A stretch of DNA of 64,000 bases from Azolla caroliniana. Lineage: Eukaryota; Plantae; Polypodiophyta. The notes beneath the pieces were generated by a model. It saw nothing but the letters and a program-made list of their open reading frames with translations. It had not been told where the DNA came from and searched no databases. The position numbers were made by a program, and so were the translations under genes. How positions within the stretch are numbered: the first letter of the stretch is position 1; the number at the start of each line of letters is the position of its first letter. The DNA lies in contig JBHGNT010000048.1 in the NCBI GenBank assembly GCA_043228905.1, forward strand, positions 122,671 through 186,670. Reading direction: 5' to 3'. Shown here piece by piece: positions 1 to 13,521 of this stretch.

Positions 1-65
1 ACAGAGCGAAGGAGCGAATTCATACAGCGTCGATAAGCGGAGGCTGCAATGAAAGGATTATCCAT
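1..65 (-). CDS. Possible 5' end of a gene running out of the window (MDNPFIAASAYRRCMNSLLRS...)
   Basis: ATG at 65-63 on the minus strand, open to the window edge. Upstream lie a (CTT)n-rich 5'UTR-like tract, HSEs and GGCCC motifs. Too short to identify. Confidence 0.25.
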   Translation of the reverse strand, partial: MDNPFIAASAYRRCMNSLLRS

Positions 66-235
66 GGATCCCTTTAAACTGACACTAACGACAGATTCGA
101 GGAAGCAGAAGATGAAGATGAAGATGAAGATGAAGAAGAAGAAGAAAAAGAGCAGAAGTTGGAGGAGAGGTTCAAATTTGGGCATGGAAATCTTCCAAGA
201 ATCGGTCTGCGTACTTCCGGAAGATTTCTCCTTCT

Positions 236-255
236 CTTCTAGAAGCTTCTAGAAG
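236..255. promoter_or_regulatory. Perfect 4-unit heat-shock element (copy 1)
   Basis: cTTCtaGAAgcTTCtaGAAg, alternating nGAAn pentamers forming a perfect palindrome. Confidence 0.6.
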
Positions 256-401
256 AAGCTCTCCATCTTCCAATTTGACAGCTCTCAGAAGAAGAAGAAG
301 AAGAAGAAGAAGAAGAACAGAAAGTTGGAGGAGAGGTTCAAATTTGGGCATGGAAATCTTCCAAGAATCTGTCTGCGTACTTCCGGAAGCTTTCTCCTTC
401 T

Positions 402-421
402 CTTCTAGAAGCTTCTAGAAG
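402..421. promoter_or_regulatory. Perfect 4-unit heat-shock element (copy 2)
   Basis: Same cTTCtaGAAgcTTCtaGAAg motif in the duplicated unit. Confidence 0.6.
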
Positions 422-1181
422 AAGCTCTCAATCTTCCAATTTGACAGCTTTTTCGAATTTACAAAAAAATGTCCCTTTGCTCTTTTGGCCAGGCACCTCC
501 CGCATTCTTTTGTCCGGGCCAGGGCCGTGACATGCCCAGTTTCTTCGGCCTAGACATTTTATGCAGATTTGTCCGGACATAAATCTAATATTGTCATCGA
601 GACCAGGCCCAGGAAAAAGGTGTGCCCATGAGCGCGCACGAAAGAAGAATAGAAAAACGTAATAGGCCTCCCTGGCATGGACTCGAATGGACGGGACTTT
701 GACTCACGTTTTCGATATTGGTTGTCCCAAGCTCTCATTCGCGGTTGACCTTCTTCGACCTCTAACTAGACAAGCATGACTAGGCCACCACGACACTTAC
801 GCATGGTTCATACTTAAGGCTTTTGTTTGTCTTGCAGTATCATGTTGATCTGCACAGTTCTCATTGGTCGCCTCTTGAGGCTAGTTCAAACAAGATGTGA
901 ATCGACAAATTGCAACCTAATTTGACTAAAGAAGCTCATCGTATGGACAAATAAATCAACCAATTAGGTAGGAAGTCACGCTCAATTGTTCCCTTCTCTC
1001 TTCTTAGTCTCTATTAATCTTCCCAACCTCGACTATGGTATGGAGGTTATCATGGTTCTCTTGTTGTCGTGCACACTCTCAATTTTCATGTTCCATTAGC
1101 AAGAATGTTGAATACAAAGAGTCACTTGCCAACTCCACAGACACTACAGAAAAATGCGTGAGTTCATTCTCATAAGTAATA

Positions 1182-1459
1182 TGTTGAGAGTCAAACCCAA
1201 CTTCCCTAATGTAGCTTCACACTAGCAATGGACACTTTAGGTTCATGCTAGTTTTGTAAATAGTAGAAAGGGCAGTTGCCCTAGGTTAGTTGGTATTTTA
1301 ACCAACTCTTTTGTAACCAAGTTACTGTTGGATGTATATTTTATATTTTCTAATCTAGCTTCTTGTTCTCTGTCTCTTTAAGCTCTCTCTCTTTCTTTCT
1401 TTGTCTTGCACATAGGCACATAGGCACAGGTTTCTTCCGTTGCACACTATTTCTTTACA
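1182..1459 (+). mobile_element. Solo LTR of a Ty1/copia family
   Basis: TGTTGAGAG...TTTACA with TSD TAATA on both sides. Homologous to the LTRs at 1537 and 4472. Confidence 0.9.
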
Positions 1460-1743
1460 TAATACTTAATTTTGAAGGTGTTGATGTTGTGATGTAGCAT
1501 GTGCGAAGGGAGAATAACACAAACACACATACTCACTATTGAGAGTCAAATCCAACTTCCCTAATGTAGTGGCTTTCACACTAACAATGGACATACTAGG
1601 TCCAGACTAGTTTTGTAAACAATAGAAAGGGTCTAGTTGCTATTTAAACCAACTCTTTTGTAACCAAGTTACTATTAGATGTATATTTCATATTTTCTAA
1701 TATAGCTTATTGTTCTCTATCTCTCTCTGTTTGTCTTGCACGC

Positions 1744-1791
<48 letters not shown>

Positions 1792-1977
1792 TTTTCTTCC
1801 GTTGTGCAAGAATACCTACACTCTCCGTTTCTTTTCATGGTATCAGAGTGTGTGGTAGTCTAATTCGCGTAGCTGTGTTGTATTGCTCGCTGACAATCAA
1901 ACGTGACAACCAACTCAACAATAGAGAAGAAAAACGACACCATGAACACTCATATGGGAAGCACTCTTCCTACCGAG

Positions 1978-4291
1978 TGCACTTTTCGCAGGGGGTAACA
2001 TCGTGCACTCCTAATGTTGTCCAACGATTCATCAGATAGACGGGCATATCCGCTGCTTCAGCCCAGTATGATTTTGGTAGATGTTTCTTGATGTTCATAA
2101 TTGCCCTTGCCACCTCGAGTATGTGCCGATTCTTGCGTTCAGTTGTAACTCCGTTCTGTTGAGGTGTGTGTCGGCAGGTAAACTCTCACCGAATTCCTTC
2201 TTGTCGAAGGTATGCGGAAAAGGCGTCGGAGAAGTACTCTTTGTCGTCGTCTGATCGAAGGCATCGTACATGACGATTGGTTGCCTTTTCGACTTCGTTC
2301 TTGAATTTCTGGAAGTGCGAGAACACTTCATTTTTCTGGCACATTGGATAAATTTTGGTATGTCTGGAGAAGTCGTCAATGAACGTTGCTATTTGCCTAA
2401 TTGACAAGCTTCGCACACGCCTACAATTTCCTTTTCGGTAGAAGTTGAGAGTCCGATGACGATTCCTTTCGACTACATTCCCTTGAGCTTTTGGAGGTTG
2501 ATGTGGCCTCGGGCCCTTGGCATACATTGCCGATTTCATCTCGTGAGAGTCGAGGATGAACATCCGACCTTCTCTCCGACCGCAAGTGATAAGTCGACCT
2601 TCTTTTTCAATGAAGGATCCTCCATCGTTGTAACGGACTTGCATGCCTTGTTCAACTATCTAGCCAACTGGGACCAAGTTCTTCATTATTGTAGGAACAT
2701 GCAAAACATTTTTTATGTAGGTTTGGTTGCCTTTTTCCCCAAATGGGACATTGCCGACATGCTGAATGGGGTGAATTGTGGAAACTGGGAGTATAGATAA
2801 AAGATAGAGACAATGTATGATTTAAGAAGCAAGCATATATGATATGAACATGATTTATATTAAGAAAACAAGATTTTACCAACTTTACAATGCTTGATAG
2901 CAAAATGAAACCTTTCTCTACCAACTCTTGATTTGAACCCTCAACTTCAACACCGAGAGACAAGACACTTCCCCAAATGAGCTAGCTTCTTTGCTTGGGA
3001 AATCTCTCATGCATATGATGATATGGGGGGTGCATGTAATGCATGTGATGCATGATTGCCATTTGGCCACATGTGTTACATGTGATGCATGATAGCCATC
3101 GTGCTCATCTAAGCTCTAATGTATGAAGATACACATGTCACAAGTATGATGATAAAAATATAATTGTAGAAGATAACTTATCTTAACGGTATATACTTTG
3201 CCCTTGGTGTGTGAGGTTATGGGTTCAAGTCTCTCAAATGTTACTTAATACAATATTTGAAGTTTATTTTTATATCGTGAAGCAAATCCTTCACGACACC
3301 GGGTCGTTAAGACTTTCGTAGCTCCTTGAACCAATCCTCATGGGATGTCATGTCGTTGGATGCACCCAAGTCGACAAACCATACATCTTTTGGTTTGGAG
3401 ATGTTGGTCGGGTTGGAGGCTGTCATCGAGTTCAATCTGTGCCTCATCACAAACATTGAGTACAAGATACATCCAAGAGGCCAAAACACCGAAGGAGCCG
3501 TGGGGGAACCTCAAGAAGATTTTCGCGGCCAACATGACCGCAAGAAAGCTTCAACTCCGTCAAGAGTTGAATAGTATACAATAGAGGGACATGTCAATTG
3601 GAAACGACACCTTGAAGATCAAGGAGTTGTGTGATGTCCTCCTGTCGATCAATGTTAGCGGGTTGGAGGTTATCATCGAGTTCGGCGTTTTGGCCGACAA
3701 GGTATTGGTGCATCTTGTACTCCCAACATGCAAAGTTATTTCTGTCGAGCTTCTCAGTAGGAAGAGCACGTCCCATCGGAGAGTTCATTGTCAAACTTCT
3801 TCTCCTCCTCCTCTTTTATACGAATTGTGCATGTTGCTGCTACAACGATCAGCCGGTTCTTTCCGAACACAAGATTGAGTAGAACACACGTAGAGGCGAT
3901 GGGCTTCGATCAAGCAACCACGCGCTTTGATACCATGTAGAGAATCAGTGATGATTTTGTGCAATGGAAGAACTATGTGTGTGGAGAGAGAGAGAGAGAG
4001 CTCAAGGTTATAGAAAAACAGAAAACTATATTACAAGGAAAAACAAGAATAACCGACATTACAAAAGAGAAGGGGTTCAAGGTGCTATGTAGTCACCTTC
4101 TCTCTAAGTTCTCTCACTAGTACCACCTCTTGGGAAAGAGCTCATGTCTTAACTACTTAAAGAATATATGGACTCATAGGACATTAACTTCTATAACACA
4201 CTAGTTACTATACAAGGAGATGGGGTGGTCACACACTTGAGTATCTTAGAGTGTGTTCCCACACACATGAAGTTGAGTTTGATTCTCAACA
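1978..4291 (-). mobile_element. Nested, truncated copia element in opposite orientation (5' LTR, PBS, gag/protease/integrase remnants)
   Basis: LTR 4291-3936, PBS 3935-3924, gag LPTEKLDRNNFACWEYKMHQYL, protease VWFVDLGASNDMT, integrase FIDDFSRHT...CLRSD. No 3' LTR. Confidence 0.85.
2777..3290 (-). mobile_element. LTR-like insertion interrupting the nested copia protease/pre-integrase region
   Basis: Non-coding insert between two copia coding segments. It carries GAGGTTATGGGTTCAAGTC (B-box-like) and ends ATATCGTGA, like the element at 33539. TSD not resolved. Confidence 0.45.
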
Positions 4292-4660
4292 AAGCGCGAA
4301 GAAACAGGCTACTCGAACAAGGAGCACAAAGTAGTCGGACAAAGGAGAACATATACCAATCGACCAGTCGAAGCCAACCATACGGACATAGAGTTGAGTA
4401 ATTCAGAAAGCCAAAATGAACCAAACAACAAGACGACCTTCCAGTGACCGAAAGTTGTGTTTGAAGGGGCATGTTGAGAGTCAAATCCAACTTCCCTAAT
4501 GTAGTGGATTTCACACTAGCAACGGACATACTAGGTCCATGCTAGTTTTGTAAATAATAGAAAGGGCAGTTGCCCTAAGTTAGTTGGTATTTAAACCAAC
4601 TCTTTTGTAACCAAGTTATTGTTGGATGTATATTTCATATTTTCTAATATAGCTTCTTGT

Positions 4661-4716
<56 letters not shown>

Positions 4717-5899
4717 TCTTGCACATACACACATAGACAGTTTTCTTCCGATGCACAAGAATACCTACACTCTCTGTTTCTTTAGACTCACAATATTTCT
4801 AAAAGCACATTTGTACCAGCACATGTATACACAAGTTAAAAGCATATATATAACATTATGAAACCACAAACAAGTCGGATCACGTGCACATACCAAGAAG
4901 GAATATTAGCTAGAGCACACACACATGTCAACTTATACGCAGGTTCTGCAAACACTATGAAGACAACAATGTCAAATCCCATCTTTCTTATTTCAAGGGT
5001 CTAGACTCTAGTGGTCCCGCTCGTATCCTCCACATACTTCTCGTGGATTCTCATATCAACAATACTAAAGTATATTTGTATATCTATCTCTAAATACGTG
5101 TAGGTGGCTATCCATCTGTTTATCTTTCTCTCAATAGAATGCTCTTTCTTAGTATTGATGAAACTGAATTTCTAAATAGAATCATACCCACTCACAATTT
5201 TAATGATATCATTCACATATTATGTAATAACATGGTATACTTTAGGAATAGTTTGGTGTGAAAGAGGATTTTTTAACTAGGCTATCTTGGGCAAGTGGTT
5301 GATTTCCACTCTTTGCATATCATTAGATAAAGAAGAAAATCTATGTGTGTTTTTGTGGTGGGAATCTCCACACAATTAAGTTTTTCAAACATGTGTTGAG
5401 CAAAAGTATATTCAATTATTCAATTAACCTTGTTTCTTGTTATGCTTTTTGGTGGCTACATGGTCTCTTTGCATCACCATGTTGAACTAGGTTAATTTTT
5501 GTAACATTGTAAGCTAAATGATTCTTGAGATAGTTATATTGTAGCTTTATCAACTTTTGTGGAACCCTAAACTACTACTTAATGTGTTTATGCTTGACTG
5601 GACACTAAAAACTTTTTTTGTCTAGGCGCAAATGCTACCAATCATGACACTCCCATAACATCCGTCTTCAAACAACCGAAAGAGCATCCATGAACACTTT
5701 CCCTTAAAACTAGCTTGATGTATCTACTACGGAGTGTGCAACTTGCATTCATATTAGTTCAATGTGTGTATTTCAACGATGACAAGTTGCATTGCATATT
5801 TTGTAGAAAAACCTTTATAGGCAACACCCTAGCACAAATTCTTGTTTGACTCTAGCAATGACTTTTATCGTATACATAAGTTCTTGTTAGAGTAAGAAG

Positions 5900-7393
5900 C
5901 AAACATTACATGGAAATGTAAGCAGTATTTTATTTTTCTTTTACCATCATGGTACAAAGTGAAACTCGGTTGTTTACAAACTCTGCACATTGTACCCCAA
6001 AAGAAAGAGTAATATCATGATGTCTCGTGCCTAGATTATCTAGTACTTGATGAATGGTATATCAACTCCATATGGAACACCCTAGATTTTCAGATATGAA
6101 ACATGAACAACAGAACATTGTTTTCATTTAAATATGTTATAAGCATGAAGTAGATTGAGTTAAGGTTGGAAAGCAAAGAACCATTGTTGAAGGAAGCATT
6201 TTGCTTCATGGAACTTATAGTCAATAATACGTTAAACGTAGTCGTTTAATATATGCTCTAACCTCTAAGCTTGAAGTAACCAACAAACAATTGTTGTGAC
6301 TCCTAAAACATTTTGTTTGATGGTGTTCTAACCAACCCTCAACAAAATCCAATTCCATAGTCAAGACTCAAGACTTTTTGCTTCATCATGTTCTAACCAA
6401 CCCTCTACGAAAACCAATCCCATAGTCAATACTTTCGTTAAATGTTGTTTTATGTTTAGATTTGAAGGAGTTATTTGTTGCTGCTAAGGGTGAATACATG
6501 ATTTGAACTTTAGCACATGGCTTATAAGGATGACACAAGAACAATAGGGCGAATCTCTACTTCATTTGAATTCTTATATTTAACCTTAAACCTTTTGTTA
6601 CGATCTTAAATCTTGCACACCACACCCTTTGATGCATTAACGCAATTTACGAATAGCTCTGCTATTTCCAACATTTGTCCTTACTTTTCTATGTAAGTAC
6701 TAAGAAGATTATATATAGAGCCTACATTATGTTAGGATATAGGACATGCACAACCAACCCATCCTAGAGTTGATCTAGATGAAGCCCATGAGATATGGAT
6801 TATTTGTCAACTTTGATGCCTCTCAAATTTTATTCTCCTAGGAAAGATTGTTAGCTTAATTGTTGAGTATAAACCCTGATCAATCAAAGGCACATTATGA
6901 ATTTCCATAATTAGGCATTCTAGTTAGAATTGGTGTTGGGAAGGGAGAATCATGCATGGAAATCTACATCTACATCATCCTTAGCCAATTACTTGTTAGC
7001 AAAGTGAAGTGTTGTTGGAGATTGAAGTGATAATATAGGTATTCAAGTTCACTAGATACACATGTGTCATGAGAAATACTAAACTATGAAATCATGGTGT
7101 CATGACAATTTATAATCAATTTAAACTGAAGACGCCTCTATCAATACACACACAATGGTGTAATGAGATCACCTCTTCCAAGGCGTTTCCTTTGGAACTT
7201 GAGTGCTCCTTGGAATATGGTCTCTAGATTCAAAGCAAAAAAATTATTCACTAAATGTGTGTATTGATAAGTTTAACATGGAGATAATAATTTATCAATA
7301 AAAAGAAGAAGAGTGATGCTTTTTATGTTTACTTACTAACGCGCTTTGATGTGGACCTTTGAGCAAAATGCATGTCAATTGAGAGTGACGCTC

Positions 7394-7436
<43 letters not shown>

Positions 7437-8300
7437 TAGTAATTGGTATCATACACATCATTGTAGACTTTTCTCAGTCTCGTGACTCGTCTTCTTGATC
7501 GAAATGTTTTTTGAGTTTTAAAAGTGTTTATATGTTTGTGTGTGTAGATACCAAGTGATTATGCAGCAATGATTAACTTTGGATATAAAATCTGAAGCTC
7601 AAATATTTAGAAGTTATCTTATATCTTTATTGCATTGAAGTTGAAGTTTCAATCAATTTATAAAAGAAAATTGTGACGGGCAAGCAACAAAGGAAACTAT
7701 CAATCATACATTTTTTTAAGTATAGATTGGCAAGGAATCCGGTCTTGGGACGAGAAAACATGCGGGTACAAGGATATGTATAGACATAAATAACTCGACA
7801 CTCAACGTCTCGCATTAAAGTTGTTACGACTTTAATGGTTAAACACTGGCACACGGTGCAAATACAACACAAGTTGCAATGAATAAACAACATGCGTGTG
7901 AGATTAAAAAGGAAACATGTTTGACTATCAAAACCATCATTCACTAGATAGCTCACAGTGTCATTTGGTTGAAATAAGGAATTGATGGCAGCAACTTAAT
8001 GTAAATAATATTTGTTTCTCTCGACGCATTTAACTCTTGTTTTATCCCATCCATAAGAGTTGCTTAGTTAATGATGAACTTATATTAATGTTAAGCTAAG
8101 TATAGGCTAGTTTGTTATTTGACATGTGATAAACTACTCATGATGAAAAAATAGATCTATTTTAGGAGGTATTGTCTATTTGGGTACTTCAAGAAACATT
8201 TTATAACATTGTTGTTTGAGCTAACAACTTGTTGTACGAGTGTACGAGAAGGGATGCTAATGCACACATATGAAGGGTAATCGTGGGTTTTTATGTTGGA
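5900..8300 (+). mobile_element. Possible highly decayed Helitron Rep remnant
   Basis: Scattered motif traces only, such as KGHIMNFP-like near 6890, AFP near 7180 and a HUH-like trace near 8250. No ORF. Confidence 0.22.
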
Positions 8301-9830
8301 TAAAGAAGTGTTTCTTCTTGGATCAGAAGTCCATGGTCACAATTGGATCTCTTTCTTACCTTTTCAATGTATGATTCCTAGGTGATACCTGTGATTTTAA
8401 TCACTTTCACGAAAACAATCTTTACTCCATTCTTCTTGAGTACCAAACTTGTTAGCATATTTGCGTTATTTTGTTAAAACAAGACCCATCTGGTGAATCC
8501 ACATCATTTTTTTAGGTGCTTGTTTGGTGGCCTTCGAGAAAACTACCTTTATCCTATCTTTCTTGTGCACGAAATGTGCTTGTGTATTTCCTATATCGTT
8601 GTTTAGTACAAGATCCTTCTAATGGACCCATGTCATCTTCAAAGATGCTTGTTTACAGAAACAATTGGAGGATAAGTAATCAATGAGGCCCCGCCACGTA
8701 ATATGACCTTTTTGCCAACCGAATCAAAGTAGCCAATTTGTATAAAAAAATATTGAACAACCAACAACATGTTTTGTGATTGGTAATGGTATAACAGGAA
8801 GGCCTTTATGCTTAAAAATGAGAGTGGAATGAGATGGTGATGAAATGTGACCCTTGGTACGGGACATAAGGAAAATAGGAGAAGAAGGCTCGCAAGTGTA
8901 TTAACATCTCTAAAGAGGGAAAAAGAACATAAATGGACTATGAATTGAGCTGGTTAAAATTCCAAGGTGGGTGTTTGTCACTTGTTAGGGATACCTACAT
9001 GCTAGGCTATAAAAGAACGTAGTAAAGTTGTGCAATTAAGGCAAAGTCGCAAACATGGCATACACTTCGGGATTGCATGTATTGTAAGTGTAAATATAAA
9101 TACGCATAACATGTGCTCTACATATCCTCGTGCTACATTGCACGCACTTAACATATTGATCAAAATACATAACTTTATTCACTGCAAAGGACATTGCAAG
9201 TATTTGGAACACTATACATAAAATGCGTGACGGTTGGTACAGGCATTTATGTTTTGTTTCGTCCATATTTTACATGCTTTATATGTATATTTTCTAATTT
9301 GGGCTATTTAATGACTCAAGGAAGAATGGGTGTGATTTACTCCTTGATTCAATAGAGAGTGCCCATGTTATACTCATTCATAAACACATCCCAAGGTTTA
9401 CTACATATAGTCTTCAATGGAACTCACATTTAAATAGAGTTGGTTGTCTACATACGGTTGAAACCTTACATTCTTAGTGTTGAAAAGGGTTCATCCCAAC
9501 CTTATATGTATTGACACAAACATGTACGTTAAAACATGTACACATAACATCACATATAAGTCTCATCAATGGGAGGGGTAATTGTCGTAAACGATTGAGG
9601 TTGTCGATGGTGGGTTTGTCTACACTACTACATAAGGCTAAAACACACATGTATTTAGTTTATGGTTTTGGGGAGTGGCTTTTGGATTTCCATGTGAAAA
9701 TCTCTTTCGTAAATGCACTTTTTTACCTGTGCACTTTTTGGAACCACTTGCAATCCACTCTCATCCCACTAAGATGAACTCACATTGCACAAGCCAAATA
9801 TGAGGTAGTACACGCTAGACATAAATACAC

Positions 9831-10053
9831 ATCTCGATATATCATGAAATACGTACGACCACCCACATAAGTATACATACATACATACATATTTGCAACA
9901 TTTGGATCAACAGAAGAGACGATATATCATGAAATACGTATGACCACCCACATATCTCAATATATCATGAAATACGTACGACCCCCCACATAAGTATACA
10001 TACATACATACATACATACATATTTGCAACATTTGGATCAATAGAAGAGACGA
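9831..10053. repeat. Complex tandem repeat with (TACA)n upstream of the RING-vWA gene
   Basis: ATATCATGAAATACGTAyGACC occurs three times and TATTTGCAACATTTGGATCAAyAGAAGAGACGAT twice. Confidence 0.8.
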
Positions 10054-10560
10054 TAGGGCCGCGGCGGTATAACACGTGACGTGTAATTGTTGTTGAACTA
10101 AGGCATAATCCTAGGGTAAAATCCTGGGCTGGGAGGGAAATCAACCTTAGTAGTTAGTATGTACAACATGCCCTTAGAAGGAGCACTAAAACCTTGGGAC
10201 AACTAACCTTAACATCACAACTAACCATGGTTAAATACTAACCTTTCGGGACTTGTTAACCTCCAATTTAAACTTAACCATGGGTGGAAGGAGGCTACTT
10301 TTGGAATTTCTACTAAACTTGGAGCCTAGTTTAATAAGCTATATCTTTTCTCTTTTAAATAAGCTATGGCTATGGTCCCAGGCTGAAGTGGGCGGCTTCA
10401 AGGGTGGCTATGGCGACCTCTGTTTCTCTCTGCATGAATATCGACCCTCTTCTTCTTCTTCTTCTTTATCTTCTGTGATTTCCTGTCTGATACCCACCAT
10501 CGCCACCATCTTCTCCTTCTCCCATTCGTTTCTTGCATAATAATCCTGTTCCTTCTATAT

Positions 10561-13521
10561 ATGATGGCAATCCTTTCTGGTTGGAGAAAAGCCTACCAAG
10601 CTCTCCATGTCTGCGTTTCCCCTCATTCTCCTTCCTCTGGAGGCGATGGAAGCTTCTTCCCTGAAGACGAGACTCATACAATTTCCCACGATCTGTCTAA
10701 TTCTGGCGATGGGATTAATTCATCCACCATATCAATCCCTGCTTGTTCGATCAGTAATACCTCCATACCTGCGAATCTTCTCTCTCCACGATTTGCTCCC
10801 AAAGTGTTCAGCATACGCGCCTCCAAATCCTCACTGAGGGTAAGAAAAATCTTTGCTTTTTTTCTTTTCTTTTCTTTGTCTGCAATATGGAGATTCGCCG
10901 TGTTTTAATGGCGGATGCTTGACAATTATCATTTTTCGATTCTGCTCATGGAAATGCTATTAATATGAATCTCTCTGCTACTATTGATCTTCTTCTTCTT
11001 CTTCTTCTTCTTCTTCATATTCGCTAATCATGACGAGTAGAGCGCCTGTGCGATCTGCTTGGAGACGATGCGACCTGGACATGGACACGCGCTTTTCACA
11101 GCAGAATGCTCCCATACCTTCCATTTCTCCTGCATTGCTTCGAACGTGAGCTATGGAAACTTGGTGTGCCCTGTGTGTCGGGCTACCTGGAAAGAAGTTC
11201 CATGCCAAGCTCTGTTGCTAAATCGCCATCGCCGTCACGGACATAGCCTTGGCAGCCGAAGCTCCTCCAGTACTTACAGAAACGCCACTCCGCATCCGCA
11301 GCCTGTTGCTAGTCCAAATGGTCATGGCTATGGCGAGCTTCCCTCTTTCATTAGAGTGCATGATATACAGCGTCCTCGTCGATATTCACTTAAACCTGTC
11401 CTCAGAAGGTTAGATGAATCCATCGCTCGTTTTCAGGCTGCGCAGGAGACAGAAAAGCAGATAAAAGCAGAAGAAACAGAAGGAGGGAGATACGATGACG
11501 ATGAAGAGCTTCTCGAAGGTTCTCTAGATCGCCATCTTGGCGTAGCGATGGCGGACCATCAAGCAAGTTCATCGTTGTTGCCGTCGATGAGAGCAGGAGA
11601 TGGGAATGGTGGAGATGGACGTGGAAGGAAGCCAGCGATGAAAATCACGGCCTTGGCAGAGGAGAGCGAGGTCTGTAGCGATGAAGCCAGAGAAAGCATG
11701 GTGATCTTGATCCACCTCAGAGGCGCAGGGGCGAGAGATGAAGAGAAACAGCTCGCCAAGATACTGCAGGGACGAGGAGGATACGATTCTGGTCAGCCTA
11801 GGCGATGGCGAGCTTCAGCAGTGGACTTGGTGGCTGTGCTGGATGTGAGCAGAAGCATGGAAGGGACGAAGCTTGGACTGCTGAAGCGAGCTATGGCGAT
11901 GGTGGTGAGGAGCTTGGGCTGTGCGGATCGTCTGAGCATCGTGAGCTTCTCTGCGAGAGCGAGGAGAGTGATGGCGCTGCGGAGAATGACAGAGGACGGG
12001 AAGCGAGTCGCCATGGAAGCTGTAAATGCGTTGGCCTGCACAGGGGGGACCGCCATAGCTGAAGGTCTGCGTAAAGGTTCAGAGATTTTGAAGCAGAGGC
12101 GGTTCAAGAACCCTGTGGCGACCGTTATGCTCCTGTCCGATGGCCAAGATGGATCCAACTCTCCTACGTCTCGTGCTGATGAAGCTCGAAGATTATCTCG
12201 CCATATATCCAAAGGAAGCTCCGCCATAGCCATGTCATCGCCTATCCACCCTTCTTCTTCTTCTTCTTCTTCTTCCTCCTCGTCTGTTTCTTCTTCTTCT
12301 TCCTCAGTTTCCTCTTCTACCTCTGCAGCTCGTGTCCCGTTTGAAATCCCTGTACACACCTTCAGTTTACAGTCGCAATCAGATCATAGTCCGCCATGCC
12401 AATATGGCCGCCATGGCACGCTGCTACAATCCATCTCTGAAGAATCTGGCGGTTCTTCCTTCACCTTCGACGTGGTCAACTCTCTGCACAGTACGGAAGC
12501 GAGCCATGGCGATGGCGATAGCGATGGCGAGCTTCTTGTTACCAATACCAGCAATAACAGTATGCATGAGCAATCTTTCGCACAAAGCTTGGGTAGCCTG
12601 TTGAGCGTGGTGGCAGTGCAAGTGCAGATCGATGTGAAGGTGAATCCTCACAGCAGTTCTCGTGCAGAGATTCTTGGCGTCGAGATAGGCGAGGAAGGAG
12701 CTAATCCTTCGAGCTTCCATAGCTCGGCAACATCACCATGCCATAGTATCACCGCAGGTCGTCATATCCGAGTAAGCTTAGGAGATCTGTGCGCACACGA
12801 AGAGAGGGAGCTTCTTCTTCATGTTCGCTTACCTGTTGTAGCATCAGAACCTGGTCGCGCTGATCTGATGATGAACCCTAGAAATGGTAGTATAGCGGCG
12901 CGGAAAGTAGCTTCCTCTGGCACCAGCGAAGCTTTAATGGCGGTTTACTGTCGATACACAGATCCTAACACAGGAGCTTCCTTGCAGACGGCTCCCACGC
13001 AGGTGCTCCTCCATCGCAGGCCCTCCTCCCAACTGATGATCGCAGCTAGGAAGAACAACGATACCACGAAAAGCTCTGGTATCCATGCGTGGTCTGATCG
13101 GCTGCAGGATCCCGACACAAGCGGGAGTGATGAGATTCATATGTCTGTCAGCGAAGTGGATCGGCACAGGAACAGGCTGCGAGCGGCAAGGGCCATCTCG
13201 GAAGCTATGGCTATGGCGGGCGCCAGGAACATGGCTGGGGCTGTGCACCGCTTGGAGATGGCGAGGGAGAAGATACAGAGGTCAGGGGCGATGCTGTCTG
13301 CGGCCATGGAAGCGGAGCTGGAGAGGGTACAGGAAAGCATTTGCAGGGGCAGCCGCAGGCGAATGCAGAGGAGCTCGGTGAACAGCCATATCCACCGCCG
13401 CAGAGCAGAAGAAGAAGAAGAAGAAGAAGAAGAAGAAGAAGAAGGGAGAAGTCGGCCGGGTGCCCGCCTTTCAGGCGGCCACGACGCCTCGGCCCTGCCT
13501 GGCCCATCTCGGCTTGGCTAA
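10561..13521 (+). CDS. RING-finger plus von Willebrand factor A domain protein (WAV3-like E3 ubiquitin ligase family), 2 exons, about 919 aa
   Basis: Exons 10561-10839 and 11041-13521, GT..AG phase 0, branch point GCTAAT. N-terminal WRKA motif, RING CAICL...AECSHTFHFSCI...CPVCRATW, vWA MIDAS DVSRS...GGT...LSDG. Confidence 0.9.

Larger units (their letters stand above)
151..449. repeat. Tandem duplication, about 166 bp period, each copy with a perfect heat-shock element
   Basis: 151-283 recurs at about 318-449 with few differences, separated by (AAG)n. Confidence 0.9.
1537..4786 (+). mobile_element. Internally deleted and rearranged Ty1/copia LTR retrotransposon
   Basis: LTRs 1537-1837 and 4472-4786, TSD CTCAC, tRNA-iMet PBS TGGTATCAGAG at 1838, PPT TTGAAGGGGCA at 4461-4471. 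The gag start MNTHMGSTLPTE is truncated near 1977. Confidence 0.88.

Noticed and set aside
49-252. Lys-rich 67-aa ORF
   Set aside because: It is the translation of (AAGATG)n/(AAG)n microsatellites.
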